The notes under the pieces were generated by a model that worked only from the letters and a program-made list of their open reading frames with translations, ran no database searches and was not told the origin of the DNA. A stretch of DNA of 64,000 bases. It comes from Candidatus Latescibacterota bacterium (lineage in GTDB: Bacteria > Latescibacterota > UBA2968 > UBA8231). Below, piece after piece: positions 19,064 to 28,319 of this stretch. The stretch lies in contig CBDFJF010000001.1 of the NCBI GenBank assembly GCA_965248265.1, forward strand, positions 3,040,001-3,104,000, in the 5' to 3' direction. Position numbers and translations under genes: made by a program. Numbering within the stretch: position 1 is the stretch's first letter; each line of letters opens with the position of its first letter.

Positions 19064-19692
19064 CTCGAGCCATCGGCAATAGACACCTCACTTGGGTCAG
19101 CATCCTGGCAAGCGTTCTGCTGGCTTCCAGCCTCCAGGCCCAGCTCCTGTTAGAACCGGTACCTCGGGGTGGCATTTACGCCATGGCGGGACTGGGTGTC
19201 GCCGACCTCGATCGCGGCACGGGTGTTGGCGTACCCCTGCGTCTGACCATCGTGGAGCCAAGACTCAAGGCCATGATCGGCCTGTCACCTCTCGATCTGA
19301 CCTTTGTCCAGGGCAGTCAAGACCCTCGCTACGCCAGGTTACAGCATCAGTTCGGACCCGTCTGCTATGACACCCAGTTGGAGCGCACCGTCAGCAACCT
19401 GGAATGCTCAAGCACCGACGTCGTGCGTTCGCTGTCCGCGGAGGCTGCCGTGGTGCCGTTCGACCAGGTTTACTTCGCGGGCAAGGAAGGGATGCTGTTC
19501 GGCGGTCTCGGCTACCGTTTCAAGAAACCGGAAACCACCTACGGCATGGTCGGGTTGTTCTTCCCGACACCTTCAGGGCGATCAGGGGAACTCAGGCTCT
19601 CCATCGGAGGAGACTTCATCTTCATCGGTGTGAGCTGGGGCTACAATCTCACGCGCCTGTTGCCGGGCCGTAAAAGACAGAGACAATATTAG
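19060..19692 (+). CDS. Exported or outer-membrane hypothetical protein with probable CTG start
   Basis: The frame is open back to a CTG overlapping the HDOD stop (CTGA), which adds a signal peptide; beta-strand-like C-terminal half. Confidence 0.6.
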   Translation: MTRAIGNRHLTWVSILASVLLASSLQAQLLLEPVPRGGIYAMAGLGVADLDRGTGVGVPLRLTIVEPRLKAMIGLSPLDLTFVQGSQDPRYARLQHQFGPVCYDTQLERTVSNLECSSTDVVRSLSAEAAVVPFDQVYFAGKEGMLFGGLGYRFKKPETTYGMVGLFFPTPSGRSGELRLSIGGDFIFIGVSWGYNLTRLLPGRKRQRQY

Positions 19693-19736
19693 ACACTGAA
19701 AACCCCTCATACCCGTTCATCAGGCAGTAGACCTGG

Positions 19737-20186
19737 TCATGCTGAGATGACGTAGGCGAGGATCTGCGCCACCTGCTCCGGCGTCTCAGCCACCGCCAGG
19801 GCTGCCGCGTCCACTTCCTTGAGCGGATGAGTCAATTCCGGATCGTGAAGGATGATCAGCCCCTTTCCGAGAGCGGCCGCGTAGCCGGCGTCAAAAGCGG
19901 CGTTCCATTGACGGTAGGAATCGCCGAAGCGGACGACGACTATGTCGGCGCCGCCAATCAAGGTGCGGGTACGCAGGGCATTTATCTTGCCGCCCTTGTG
20001 ATCGCGCCAGAAGGCACTCTCCTCCGGACCGAGTATGTCGACGCCGCAGCCGTCACTGGCGCCGTGGTCGGTGACGGGGGTGTCGAAGGTGATCGGTAAT
20101 CCCTGGCTCTCACTTGCGCTGATGATCTGGTCGCGCCAATCCGTGTGAATCTCTCCAGCTAGATAGACTCTCCAATCACTTTTCAT
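19737..20186 (-). CDS. YtoQ family protein
   Basis: VYLAGEIHTDWR, VVRFGDSYRQWNAAFDAGYA and HPLKEVDAAA. Confidence 0.9.
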   Translation of the reverse strand: MKSDWRVYLAGEIHTDWRDQIISASESQGLPITFDTPVTDHGASDGCGVDILGPEESAFWRDHKGGKINALRTRTLIGGADIVVVRFGDSYRQWNAAFDAGYAAALGKGLIILHDPELTHPLKEVDAAALAVAETPEQVAQILAYVISA

Positions 20187-20291
20187 CGCTCTCTCTCGTG
20201 TTGTCGTCATGTCCTGTTGAGTTTCGATCCGCTACCGTATGTTCTCTGACTCAATGCGCGATCGTCCGCCACAGCAAAGGAGTACGTTCCG

Positions 20292-20579
20292 ATGAAGTCC
20301 GCCCTCGAACTGGCCATGGAAAAAACGGAATCGCTGGTTGATGAAGAAGCCAAGTTAACGCCCGAGCAACTGGAAGCAATCGATCAGGTGAAAAAGGAGT
20401 ACGAAGCCAAATGGGCGGAGCAGGAGATTGTCCTGAACGATCGAATCAGGAAGATCGCCGCCGAGACGGATCCCCAGACGATGGCTGAGCATCACAAACA
20501 GTTCCAGGAAGAGAAGAGACGGGTTCGCGAACAGATCTTCGAAGACAGGGATCAGAAGATCGCACAGATTCGAGGCTGA
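20292..20579 (+). CDS. Conserved hypothetical helical protein
   Basis: AAGGAG RBS; MKSALELAMEK N-terminus; charged coiled-coil composition. Confidence 0.75.
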   Translation: MKSALELAMEKTESLVDEEAKLTPEQLEAIDQVKKEYEAKWAEQEIVLNDRIRKIAAETDPQTMAEHHKQFQEEKRRVREQIFEDRDQKIAQIRG

Positions 20580-20596
20580 AGACCCCGCCTCTCTCG

Positions 20597-21801
20597 TCAG
20601 CGAGTGATTACGAACGGCGCACGATGTTCAACCGCTGACCCACCCTCGTCACGGGCCCGGATGCGGCACAGATAGGTGCCATTCGCCAACTGCCGCCCGT
20701 CGTCGCCTCGCCCATCCCACTTCGTCTGGGAAAACCCTGCGGACATGCGTTGCGGACCGAGGCGTCGAATCAGCCGCCCACGCATGAAGTCGGCGCTGCC
20801 GTGTCCGGCAAAATTGACGAGCAGGGCGCCCTCGTTCAAGGCTTCGAGGTAGGCTCCGCCGGTGGCGTTGGGCACGTCGCTGTCGTCCGGGTTGTAAATC
20901 TTGACGGATTCCAGTCCGAATGGCTGGGTGTAGTTCTCGGCGAGTGCGTCGCTGGGTTCACTGAAGATCCCTTTTGCGTGGTAATTGGCCAGGTAGATGA
21001 CTCGGCTTCGCCAGTCTGCGGTCGACGGTTTGATCGGCCTGCTCGGTACTCTCCACTGGAGACGTCCCAGGGCTAGATCCGGCAAACGATCATCGCCGTC
21101 GACGAGGGTGTACAGATAATCGCTGGAAGAGTGGCCGCGTTCTCTCGCCTGGTAATACTGCGAGGGCACGAAGCTCGGTCGGCCGCCACCGATGTCACCG
21201 CCGATGATGTTGCGGTAGTCGTAGGTGGCGTCGCCCATCAACAGGACGTAGGCGGGAATCCGCCTGCCGGTAGAGGAGGTCTCCGGGAGGGCAATGTGCC
21301 CGGGAAAGGCGTCGTAGCGACGCCGGAACTGCAGCTCGAACCAGTTGTAGTAGACCCGGTCGAAGGAGGCTTGATCGGCGAATACCTGTACGGTCACACG
21401 ACGAGAGTCGCCCTTGGTCGTGGCCAAAGCACTCCGGGTTCATAGGAAAGCGGCGCCCCACTATTGCCGGTGGGATCGTCCGCTTGAAAGACGGCGTAAT
21501 CCACCCCCTCGTAGTCGCGGAACCGCTCCTCCCCAACAACCTCCATCGAGGCTGTGGCGCCAGGCGGAACAGCCAACAACTCAGCAAAAAAAGGAAGTGC
21601 AGGCAGGCCTGGATGGCTCAGTCGAGGCACCGTTCCAGCAAGAACCATCTCTTGTTCGTGACCGCCACCGGTGACGGTGAGCGCGGAAGCCGGCATCGCG
21701 AAGTCGATCAGCAGGCCATCGGCAGACTCCTCCAAAATGTTGAAGGAAGAAGCCTGAACATTGACACACCAAAGAAGGATCAACAGGAGACAGGAGCGCA
21801 T
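20597..21801 (-). pseudogene. Eroded peptidase C25 (gingipain/PorU-like) gene with FlgD-Ig C-terminal remnant
   Basis: Signal peptide and propeptide fragment in one frame; YVLLMGDATYDY, PDLALGRL, NFAGHGS and WDGR...LANGTY in another; frameshifts and apparent large deletions. Confidence 0.75.
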
Positions 21802-22061
21802 AGCCCTCAAGCTGCACACGGTCGTGAAGTGTGGGAACACGGAAGCGGCGTTGCCTTTGAAACGTACTACCAAACGTACGGACAAACTGCAAAAGCGTCT
21901 CCCTGGCGCGGCTGCTTTTCCCCAGGTCAGGCAGACGAGTGTCGGGCGACAACCTTTTGTACAAGCCTCCTGTGATTCGCATATCCATATTGAGACCACT
22001 ACGGAACCCCGTCGGTTCCAACTCGACCGCACTGGTGTTTTAACGGTACAGGAGAACGGGT

Positions 22062-23471
22062 ATGAAGAAATCGACTAACTGTGGATCCGCCGCGCGCATT
22101 CTGCCCGTGCCTGCAGGGGCACGTCTCGTACCCATCCTGGTCATGCCAGTCCTGCTGATATCCCTGTCAGCTACTTCCATTTGTTCACAGGAATGGGTGG
22201 ACATCACGCCGGCGGGGGACTCCCCCGGTCCTCGTCGAAACGCAGCGGCAATCTACAACCCGGTGGACCACGAGATCGTGCTGTTTGGCGGTCGCGGTTC
22301 ATCAGGCGACCACGGAGATCTCTGGCGCTTCGACCTGTCAGACGGCTCGTGGGACCGCATCGATGCCGGCGAAGGGCCGGTTCCCCGCTCCACGCACAAC
22401 GCCGTGTACGACGAGGTCTCCCATCGCATGGTGGTGTGGTCGGGGCGCAAGCTCGATGTCGATGGCTCGGAGTTTTTCTCGGACGTCTGGGGCCTGGATA
22501 TCGCAAACTCGCAATGGTCCCTGCTGCACGCCTCCGGGGATTCGCCAAACCGTCGGTACGGGACGGCCGCCGTCTACGATCCGCTGTCCCATTCGCTCGT
22601 CAACTTCGCCGGTTTTACCACAGCAGGGCGATTCGACGACACCTGGGCCTTCGATCTGGGTGGGAGCGGGTGGGAGGAGCTGGACCCGGATGGAAATCCG
22701 GGCGCTCGATGTCTGCACACAGGTGCCTACGATTCTCGTCGCGGACGCATGATCATCTTCGGGGGTCAGCGTGGATCGGGGGCGCTGGGTGACACCTGGG
22801 CGCTCGATCTCAACGCTACAATCTGGCAGGAATTGGCTCCGGCGGCCGGTCCTGGAGGCAGGAAATTCCCTGCCAGCATATACGATGAAGCCAACGACCG
22901 TTTTGTCGTGTTCGGTGGAGACACGGGGACGGAGAAGGCGGGTGGCGTATGGGCGCTGAATCTGGCTGATGATTCATGGGAGGAGTTGAGTGAGAGTGGA
23001 CAGGGTCCAACACCGAGGGATGGCGCGGTCGCCGTCTACATCACTGCTGAACAACGGCTGGTCTTATTCGGAGGTACCGGTGACGAACACCTAAACGATG
23101 TCTGGTCATTGTCGTTACCGACGCAAGATCCGACCGTCATCGAGGAGACGGAATCCATCTCTCTTCCCAACGCATCAAACCTGGGTCAGAGCTATCCCAA
23201 TCCATTCAATTCGACGACGGTCATTCCCTTTCACATCGCGGAATTACCGCCGGGGGCCAGCGGCGATGGAGTGGATGTGCATCTGGCAATTTTCGATGTG
23301 CTGGGTCGTCACGTGCGTGATCTGGTCCGCGATCGGATGAGGCCGGGACAGTATGAACTGCCCTGGAACGGCGAAGACGACGATGGTCGCGCGGCCGTTA
23401 GCGGTGTCTACTTCTACCGCCTTTCAACGATCGTGGGGTCTTCCACCAGAAAGCTCTTGATGGCCCGGTGA
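22062..23471 (+). CDS. Exported Kelch-repeat beta-propeller protein with FlgD-Ig/T9SS-like C-terminal domain
   Basis: Six repeats of the form PxPR...YD...FGG...DxW...W; QSYPNPFNSTT...WNGED...SGVYFYRL. Confidence 0.88.
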   Translation: MKKSTNCGSAARILPVPAGARLVPILVMPVLLISLSATSICSQEWVDITPAGDSPGPRRNAAAIYNPVDHEIVLFGGRGSSGDHGDLWRFDLSDGSWDRIDAGEGPVPRSTHNAVYDEVSHRMVVWSGRKLDVDGSEFFSDVWGLDIANSQWSLLHASGDSPNRRYGTAAVYDPLSHSLVNFAGFTTAGRFDDTWAFDLGGSGWEELDPDGNPGARCLHTGAYDSRRGRMIIFGGQRGSGALGDTWALDLNATIWQELAPAAGPGGRKFPASIYDEANDRFVVFGGDTGTEKAGGVWALNLADDSWEELSESGQGPTPRDGAVAVYITAEQRLVLFGGTGDEHLNDVWSLSLPTQDPTVIEETESISLPNASNLGQSYPNPFNSTTVIPFHIAELPPGASGDGVDVHLAIFDVLGRHVRDLVRDRMRPGQYELPWNGEDDDGRAAVSGVYFYRLSTIVGSSTRKLLMAR

Positions 23472-23510
23472 CGGTTAAAAAAGACCTCCGTTACCGGGAA
23501 TTCCGCAGCG

Positions 23511-23539
23511 TTGACAATCGGGTCTGTACGGCCTAAGAT
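23511..23539 (+). promoter_or_regulatory. Sigma-70 promoter of gltA
   Basis: TTGACA-17 nt-TAAGAT. Confidence 0.7.
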
Positions 23540-23598
23540 CAGGCACCTCACTCCGAAGTGATTCCCGACAAAAAACACCGATACGCTGAGAGGCAATT

Positions 23599-24888
23599 AT
23601 GCCTGACTCCGTTCGCTTACAAATTGAAGACAGGACCATCGATCTACCCGTCGTCGTTGGCAGCGAAGATGAGCATGCCATGGACATTTCCAAGCTTCGG
23701 GCCGAAACGGGCTACATTACCCTCGACGAAGGCTACGGCAACACCGGCGCTTGCCAGAGTGCCATTACCTACATCGACGGTGACAAGGGGATACTCCGCT
23801 ACCGGGGCATACCGATCGAGGTTCTGGCTGAGAAAAGCAGCTTTATCGAAAGCGCTTACCTGCTGATCTGGGGCCATCTGCCGACCAGGGAAGAACTAAC
23901 CCGATTCAGCGCACTGCTGACGAAGCACCAGATGTTGCGGGAGCAACTGCGACGCTATTTCGAGCTGTATCCGCCAGGGTCTCCACCCATGGCGGTGCTG
24001 TCCGCCGTGCTGAATTCGATGGCCTGTTTTTACCCCGAACTGCTCGAGTTCGAGGATGTCGACGTCTTCGAAGAGACCGCAGCGCGGATCATGTCAAAGA
24101 CGCGAACGATCGCGGCTCATTCCTACAAGCACGAGCGCGGACACTACCTCACTTATCCGCATCCCGACAGGTCGTTCTCGGACAACTTCCTGCACATGAT
24201 GTTTAGTGAACCCCACAAGGAATTCGCTTCAGATCCCGAGCTCGTGCGCGCACTCGATGTTCTGCTGCTGCTCCATGCAGACCACGAGCAGAATTGCAGT
24301 ACCTCGACCGTGCGAATGGTTGGCAGCAGTGGCGCCAATCTGTTCGCTTCGGTGGCGGCAGGCGTCAGTGCGTTATGGGGTCCACTACACGGGGGCGCCA
24401 ACGTCGCCGTCGTCGAAATGCTGGAAACGATCATCAGTGAAAAGCTGTCGGTGAAGGATTTTGTGAACGACGTCAAGGAGCGGAAAAACGGAATCAAGCT
24501 GATGGGCTTCGGTCACCGGGTCTACAAGAATTTTGATCCGCGCGCCACGATCATCCGCGACGAGTGTGAAACGGTGCTGGCGAAACTTCACCAGAAGGAT
24601 GACCTGCTTTTAGTCGCTCAAGAACTCGAGGAGGCCGCGCTGGAAGAGGATTACTTCATCGAGCGCAGACTGTATCCGAACGTGGATTTCTACAGCGGGG
24701 TGATCCTACGTGCACTCGGCATTCCAACTTCCATGTTTACGGTCATGTTCGCGATCGGCCGCATGCCAGGATGGATCGCACAGTGGTACGAAGATCGTTT
24801 CATCACACGTGGCCGGATTCAGCGCCCTCGACAGGTGTACACCGGGCCAACAGAGCAGGAATACGTGCCAATCGATCAGCGAGGTTGA
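23599..24888 (+). CDS. gltA: Citrate synthase
   Basis: LHADHEQNCST, GPLHGGAN, MGFGHRVYKNFDPRA and YPNVDFYSG. Confidence 0.97.
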   Translation: MPDSVRLQIEDRTIDLPVVVGSEDEHAMDISKLRAETGYITLDEGYGNTGACQSAITYIDGDKGILRYRGIPIEVLAEKSSFIESAYLLIWGHLPTREELTRFSALLTKHQMLREQLRRYFELYPPGSPPMAVLSAVLNSMACFYPELLEFEDVDVFEETAARIMSKTRTIAAHSYKHERGHYLTYPHPDRSFSDNFLHMMFSEPHKEFASDPELVRALDVLLLLHADHEQNCSTSTVRMVGSSGANLFASVAAGVSALWGPLHGGANVAVVEMLETIISEKLSVKDFVNDVKERKNGIKLMGFGHRVYKNFDPRATIIRDECETVLAKLHQKDDLLLVAQELEEAALEEDYFIERRLYPNVDFYSGVILRALGIPTSMFTVMFAIGRMPGWIAQWYEDRFITRGRIQRPRQVYTGPTEQEYVPIDQRG

Positions 24889-24993
24889 GGACGACTGATC
24901 GATAGCCGAAATCTTCGTCCTGTGCAGGATTGTATCTTTCCTCTCGCAGTCGGCAACCTTCCACTTCAGCAACTTCTCGAGGAGGGACCAAGC

Positions 24994-25290
24994 ATGGCGG
25001 TACGAATCAGCGCGAAAAACTCAAAACTGTCCGACACCAGTAAAGAGTACATCGAAAAAGTCTGCGACAAGCTGGGGCAATTCTACGATCGCATCATCGA
25101 TTGTGAAGTCGTCATCGAACGATTGAAGCATGGCAACGGGGTTGAGATCATCGTCAAGGTTCCACAGCAGACCTTCGTGGGCTCGGCCGAATCGCCCGAA
25201 GACAACCTGTTCAAGGCGGTGGACGATGCCGGGGCCAAGGTCGAAACACAGTTGAAACGCTTTCACGACAAACAGGTCGAGCACCGCTAA
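24994..25290 (+). CDS. hpf: Ribosome hibernation factor (HPF/RaiA)
   Basis: GGAGG RBS; size and pattern of short HPF (YIEKVCDKL...NLFKAVDDAGAKVETQLKRFHDK). Confidence 0.85.
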   Translation: MAVRISAKNSKLSDTSKEYIEKVCDKLGQFYDRIIDCEVVIERLKHGNGVEIIVKVPQQTFVGSAESPEDNLFKAVDDAGAKVETQLKRFHDKQVEHR

Positions 25291-25318
25291 AATCGAGTCT
25301 CTTTTTTAGCCGTCCACC

Positions 25319-26530
25319 ATGACACTCACCGTAGGCATAGCCGCCGAATCCTATCCCGACGAGACTCGGGTGGCGCTTACGCCTGAGGCGGCCACCACTC
25401 TGAATCGCAACGGGCTGCATGCGCTGCTGCAGGCCGGAGCCGGGGTCGAAGCCGGGTTCCCAGACACAGCTTACGCCGAGCGAGACGTGGAGATCGTCAG
25501 CGATCGCGCTGGCCTGTTCCAGCGCTCGGATGTGTTGCTCCAGGTTCGAACGCATGGTGCCAATCCGGACAACGATGAGGATCTGAGCCTGGTTCGGCCT
25601 GGACAGATTCTAATCGGCATGTGCGATGCACTGGACGGCAAGGAGGCCATCAGCCGTCTGGCGCAAACCAGTGCGACCGTGTTTGCGATGGAACTGATGC
25701 CCAGGATTGCGCGGGCGCAGAGCATGGATGTGTTATCGTCGATGGCCACCATCACAGGCTATAAAGGAGTCCTGGTAGCGGCCACGGCACTGCCTCGAAT
25801 GTTCCCGCTGTTGATGACGGCCGCAGGGACCGTCACCCCAGCCAGGGTGCTGGTGGTCGGCGCGGGCGTTGCCGGTCTGCAGGCCATTGCCACGGCGAAG
25901 CGGCTCGGAGCGGTGGTGTTGTCGTATGATATTCGACCGGCCGTCAAGGAACAGGTGGAGAGCCTTGGGGCGCAATTCGTCGAACTGGGACTCGAGGCAG
26001 TAGACGCCGAGGACGCCGGAGGATACGCCACCGCCCAGAAGGATGATTTCTATCGCCGTCAGCAGGTCGCCCTTGCCGAAGTAGTGGCGGACTGCGATGT
26101 CGTGATGACGACGGCAGCCATCCCGGGAAAAACGGCTCCCATCCTGATCACAAAACAGATGGTCGCCGGCATGTCTCCGGGTTCAATCGTCGTCGACCTG
26201 GCGGCTGAACGCGGAGGCAACTGCGAATGTACGATGCCTGGCGAGACGATCTCAGTCGATGGCGTCCGGGTCATTGGGCCTGTCGATGTTCCTTCTTCGG
26301 TCCCTTTTCATGCCAGCCAGATGTACAGCCACAACATCGGAGAATTTCTCAAACACCTGGTGCGCGATGGGGAGGTGTCCCTGGACACCGGCGAGGACGA
26401 AATCATTCGCGAGACGCTCGTCGCCCGGGACGGTCGCATCGTTCATCCTCGGGTTCTCGAGGCTCTTGGAGAGAGTGTCACAGCGGGGTCAACCCAGCCG
26501 CTGCAACCGAGTGGCACGACTCTGTCCTGA
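25319..26530 (+). CDS. pntAA: NAD(P) transhydrogenase alpha subunit, part 1
   Basis: ETRVALTP, PRIARAQSMDVLSS, GAGVAGLQAIATA and DLAAERGGNC. Confidence 0.95.
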   Translation: MTLTVGIAAESYPDETRVALTPEAATTLNRNGLHALLQAGAGVEAGFPDTAYAERDVEIVSDRAGLFQRSDVLLQVRTHGANPDNDEDLSLVRPGQILIGMCDALDGKEAISRLAQTSATVFAMELMPRIARAQSMDVLSSMATITGYKGVLVAATALPRMFPLLMTAAGTVTPARVLVVGAGVAGLQAIATAKRLGAVVLSYDIRPAVKEQVESLGAQFVELGLEAVDAEDAGGYATAQKDDFYRRQQVALAEVVADCDVVMTTAAIPGKTAPILITKQMVAGMSPGSIVVDLAAERGGNCECTMPGETISVDGVRVIGPVDVPSSVPFHASQMYSHNIGEFLKHLVRDGEVSLDTGEDEIIRETLVARDGRIVHPRVLEALGESVTAGSTQPLQPSGTTLS

Positions 26531-26589
26531 CCAGAAATCGCCATGCCTCATCAATTGGATCAGTCCTGGATCACGCCTGAGAGGAACCG

Positions 26590-26871
26590 ATGGAGAGTCT
26601 GGTAGCAGCCCTCACGGTATTTGTGCTTGCCATTTTCGTCGGTTTTGAGGTCATCACCAAGATCCCACCCACCCTGCATACCCCACTGATGTCCGGCTCG
26701 AACGCGATATCCGGTATCACCCTGATTGGCGCAGTTCTGGCGGCTGGTGCGCAACACACGGAGTTGACCACCTGGTTGGGCATGGCGGCCGTAGTCTTCG
26801 CGACCATCAACGTCGTCGGTGGTTTCCTGGTGACTCACCGCATGCTCGGCATGTTCAAGAGAAAGAGGTGA
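26590..26871 (+). CDS. pntAB: NAD(P) transhydrogenase alpha subunit, part 2
   Basis: LHTPLMSGSNAISG and INVVGGFLVTHRML. Confidence 0.95.
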   Translation: MESLVAALTVFVLAIFVGFEVITKIPPTLHTPLMSGSNAISGITLIGAVLAAGAQHTELTTWLGMAAVVFATINVVGGFLVTHRMLGMFKRKR

Positions 26872-28271
26872 GCGAGCAAGCCATGAGTGTCACCATCAAC
26901 ATCGCCTACCTACTCGCCGCCGTTCTGTTCATCTTCGGTCTCAAGGGGCTCACCCATCCGCGCACCGCCGTCCGTGGCAACCTGCTCGGGGCGCTGGGCA
27001 TGTTCGTCGCCGTCGTCGCCACGCTGTCTGATCGCAAGATCTTGAGTTTCGAGATGATCATGGCCGGTGTGATCATCGGCGCTGCGATCGGACTGGTCCT
27101 GGCGGTAAAGATTCAGATGACCGCCATGCCTCAGCTCGTGGCCTTGTTCAACGGATTCGGCGGTGTTGCATCCGTCCTGGTGGCGGGCGCCGCGCTCATC
27201 GAAGTCGGCGCTCAAGGAACGATAGGGCTCCAGCTCACCGTTGCCACGGCGGCATCCGGAATCGTCGGCGCGGTCACGTTTTGGGGCAGCGTCGTTGCTT
27301 TCGCCAAGCTTCAGGAACTCGTGTCCGGCAATCCCTTGTTGTTCACCGGCCAGCAGCTGATCAACTTCGTTTTGATAGCGGCGGTTCTTGCTCTGGGGGT
27401 CTGGGTGGCAATGGATCCGATGGACCCCAATCGCTATTGGGTGCTGGTCGGTGTCGCCTCCCTGCTCGGCGTGTTGATCGTCACGCCGATCGGCGGTGCC
27501 GACATGCCCGTCATCATCGCGCTGCTGAATTCCTTTTCCGGCATCGCCGCGGCCGCCACCGGATTCGTCCTGCAGAACAACATCCTCATCATAGCCGGCT
27601 CGCTGGTCGGGGCATCAGGCCTCATCCTCACCCAGATCATGTGCCGGGCGATGAACCGCTCACTCGCCAACGTGTTCTTTGGTGGAGTCGGGGCACCGTC
27701 GAGCGTTGCCGGAGCCGACCAGGAGATCTACGAGGGCAAAGTCAAGTCGACTTCGGCAGATGAAGTCGCAATGTTGTTCGATGGCTCTCGCCGCGTTGTC
27801 GTCGTACCCGGGTACGGCATGGCGGTTGCGCAGGCCCAACACGCCGTCCGCGACCTGGCGAATCTGCTGGAAAAGGGCGGGGTCGAGGTCGAGTTCGCCA
27901 TCCATCCCGTGGCCGGACGCATGCCAGGCCACATGAATGTGTTGCTGGCCGAAGCGGAGGTTCCCTACGACAAGCTGAAGGAAATGGATGCCATCAACCC
28001 CAGCTTCCAGCAGACCGACGTCGTTCTCGTCATCGGTGCCAACGACGTCGTCAATCCACTGGCTCGCGAGGACGACTCCGGCCCCATCTCCGGAATGCCC
28101 ATCCTCGATGTCGACAAAGCACGAACCGTCGTCGTTATCAAGCGCAGTCTGAGCCCGGGATTCGCCGGTATCGCAAACCCTCTGTTTGCTGCAGACAACA
28201 CGCTGATGTACTTCGGCAGCGCCAAGGATGCGATCCTGGATCTGGTCGCCGCCGTCAATGAAGCAGCCTGA
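26868..28271 (+). CDS. pntB: NAD(P) transhydrogenase beta subunit
   Basis: IGGADMPV, PGYGMAVAQAQH, IHPVAGRMPGHMNVLLAEA and GANDVVNP. Confidence 0.96.
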   Translation: MSEQAMSVTINIAYLLAAVLFIFGLKGLTHPRTAVRGNLLGALGMFVAVVATLSDRKILSFEMIMAGVIIGAAIGLVLAVKIQMTAMPQLVALFNGFGGVASVLVAGAALIEVGAQGTIGLQLTVATAASGIVGAVTFWGSVVAFAKLQELVSGNPLLFTGQQLINFVLIAAVLALGVWVAMDPMDPNRYWVLVGVASLLGVLIVTPIGGADMPVIIALLNSFSGIAAAATGFVLQNNILIIAGSLVGASGLILTQIMCRAMNRSLANVFFGGVGAPSSVAGADQEIYEGKVKSTSADEVAMLFDGSRRVVVVPGYGMAVAQAQHAVRDLANLLEKGGVEVEFAIHPVAGRMPGHMNVLLAEAEVPYDKLKEMDAINPSFQQTDVVLVIGANDVVNPLAREDDSGPISGMPILDVDKARTVVVIKRSLSPGFAGIANPLFAADNTLMYFGSAKDAILDLVAAVNEAA

Positions 28272-28283
28272 CCCGCGTTCTTC

Positions 28284-28312
28284 TTGACAGTGCGCATGCT
28301 CCACCGTAAGAT
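28284..28312 (+). promoter_or_regulatory. Sigma-70 promoter of the secretin gene (probably leaderless)
   Basis: TTGACA-17 nt-TAAGAT, 7 nt before ATG 28320. Confidence 0.65.
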
Positions 28313-28319
28313 CGGCCAA

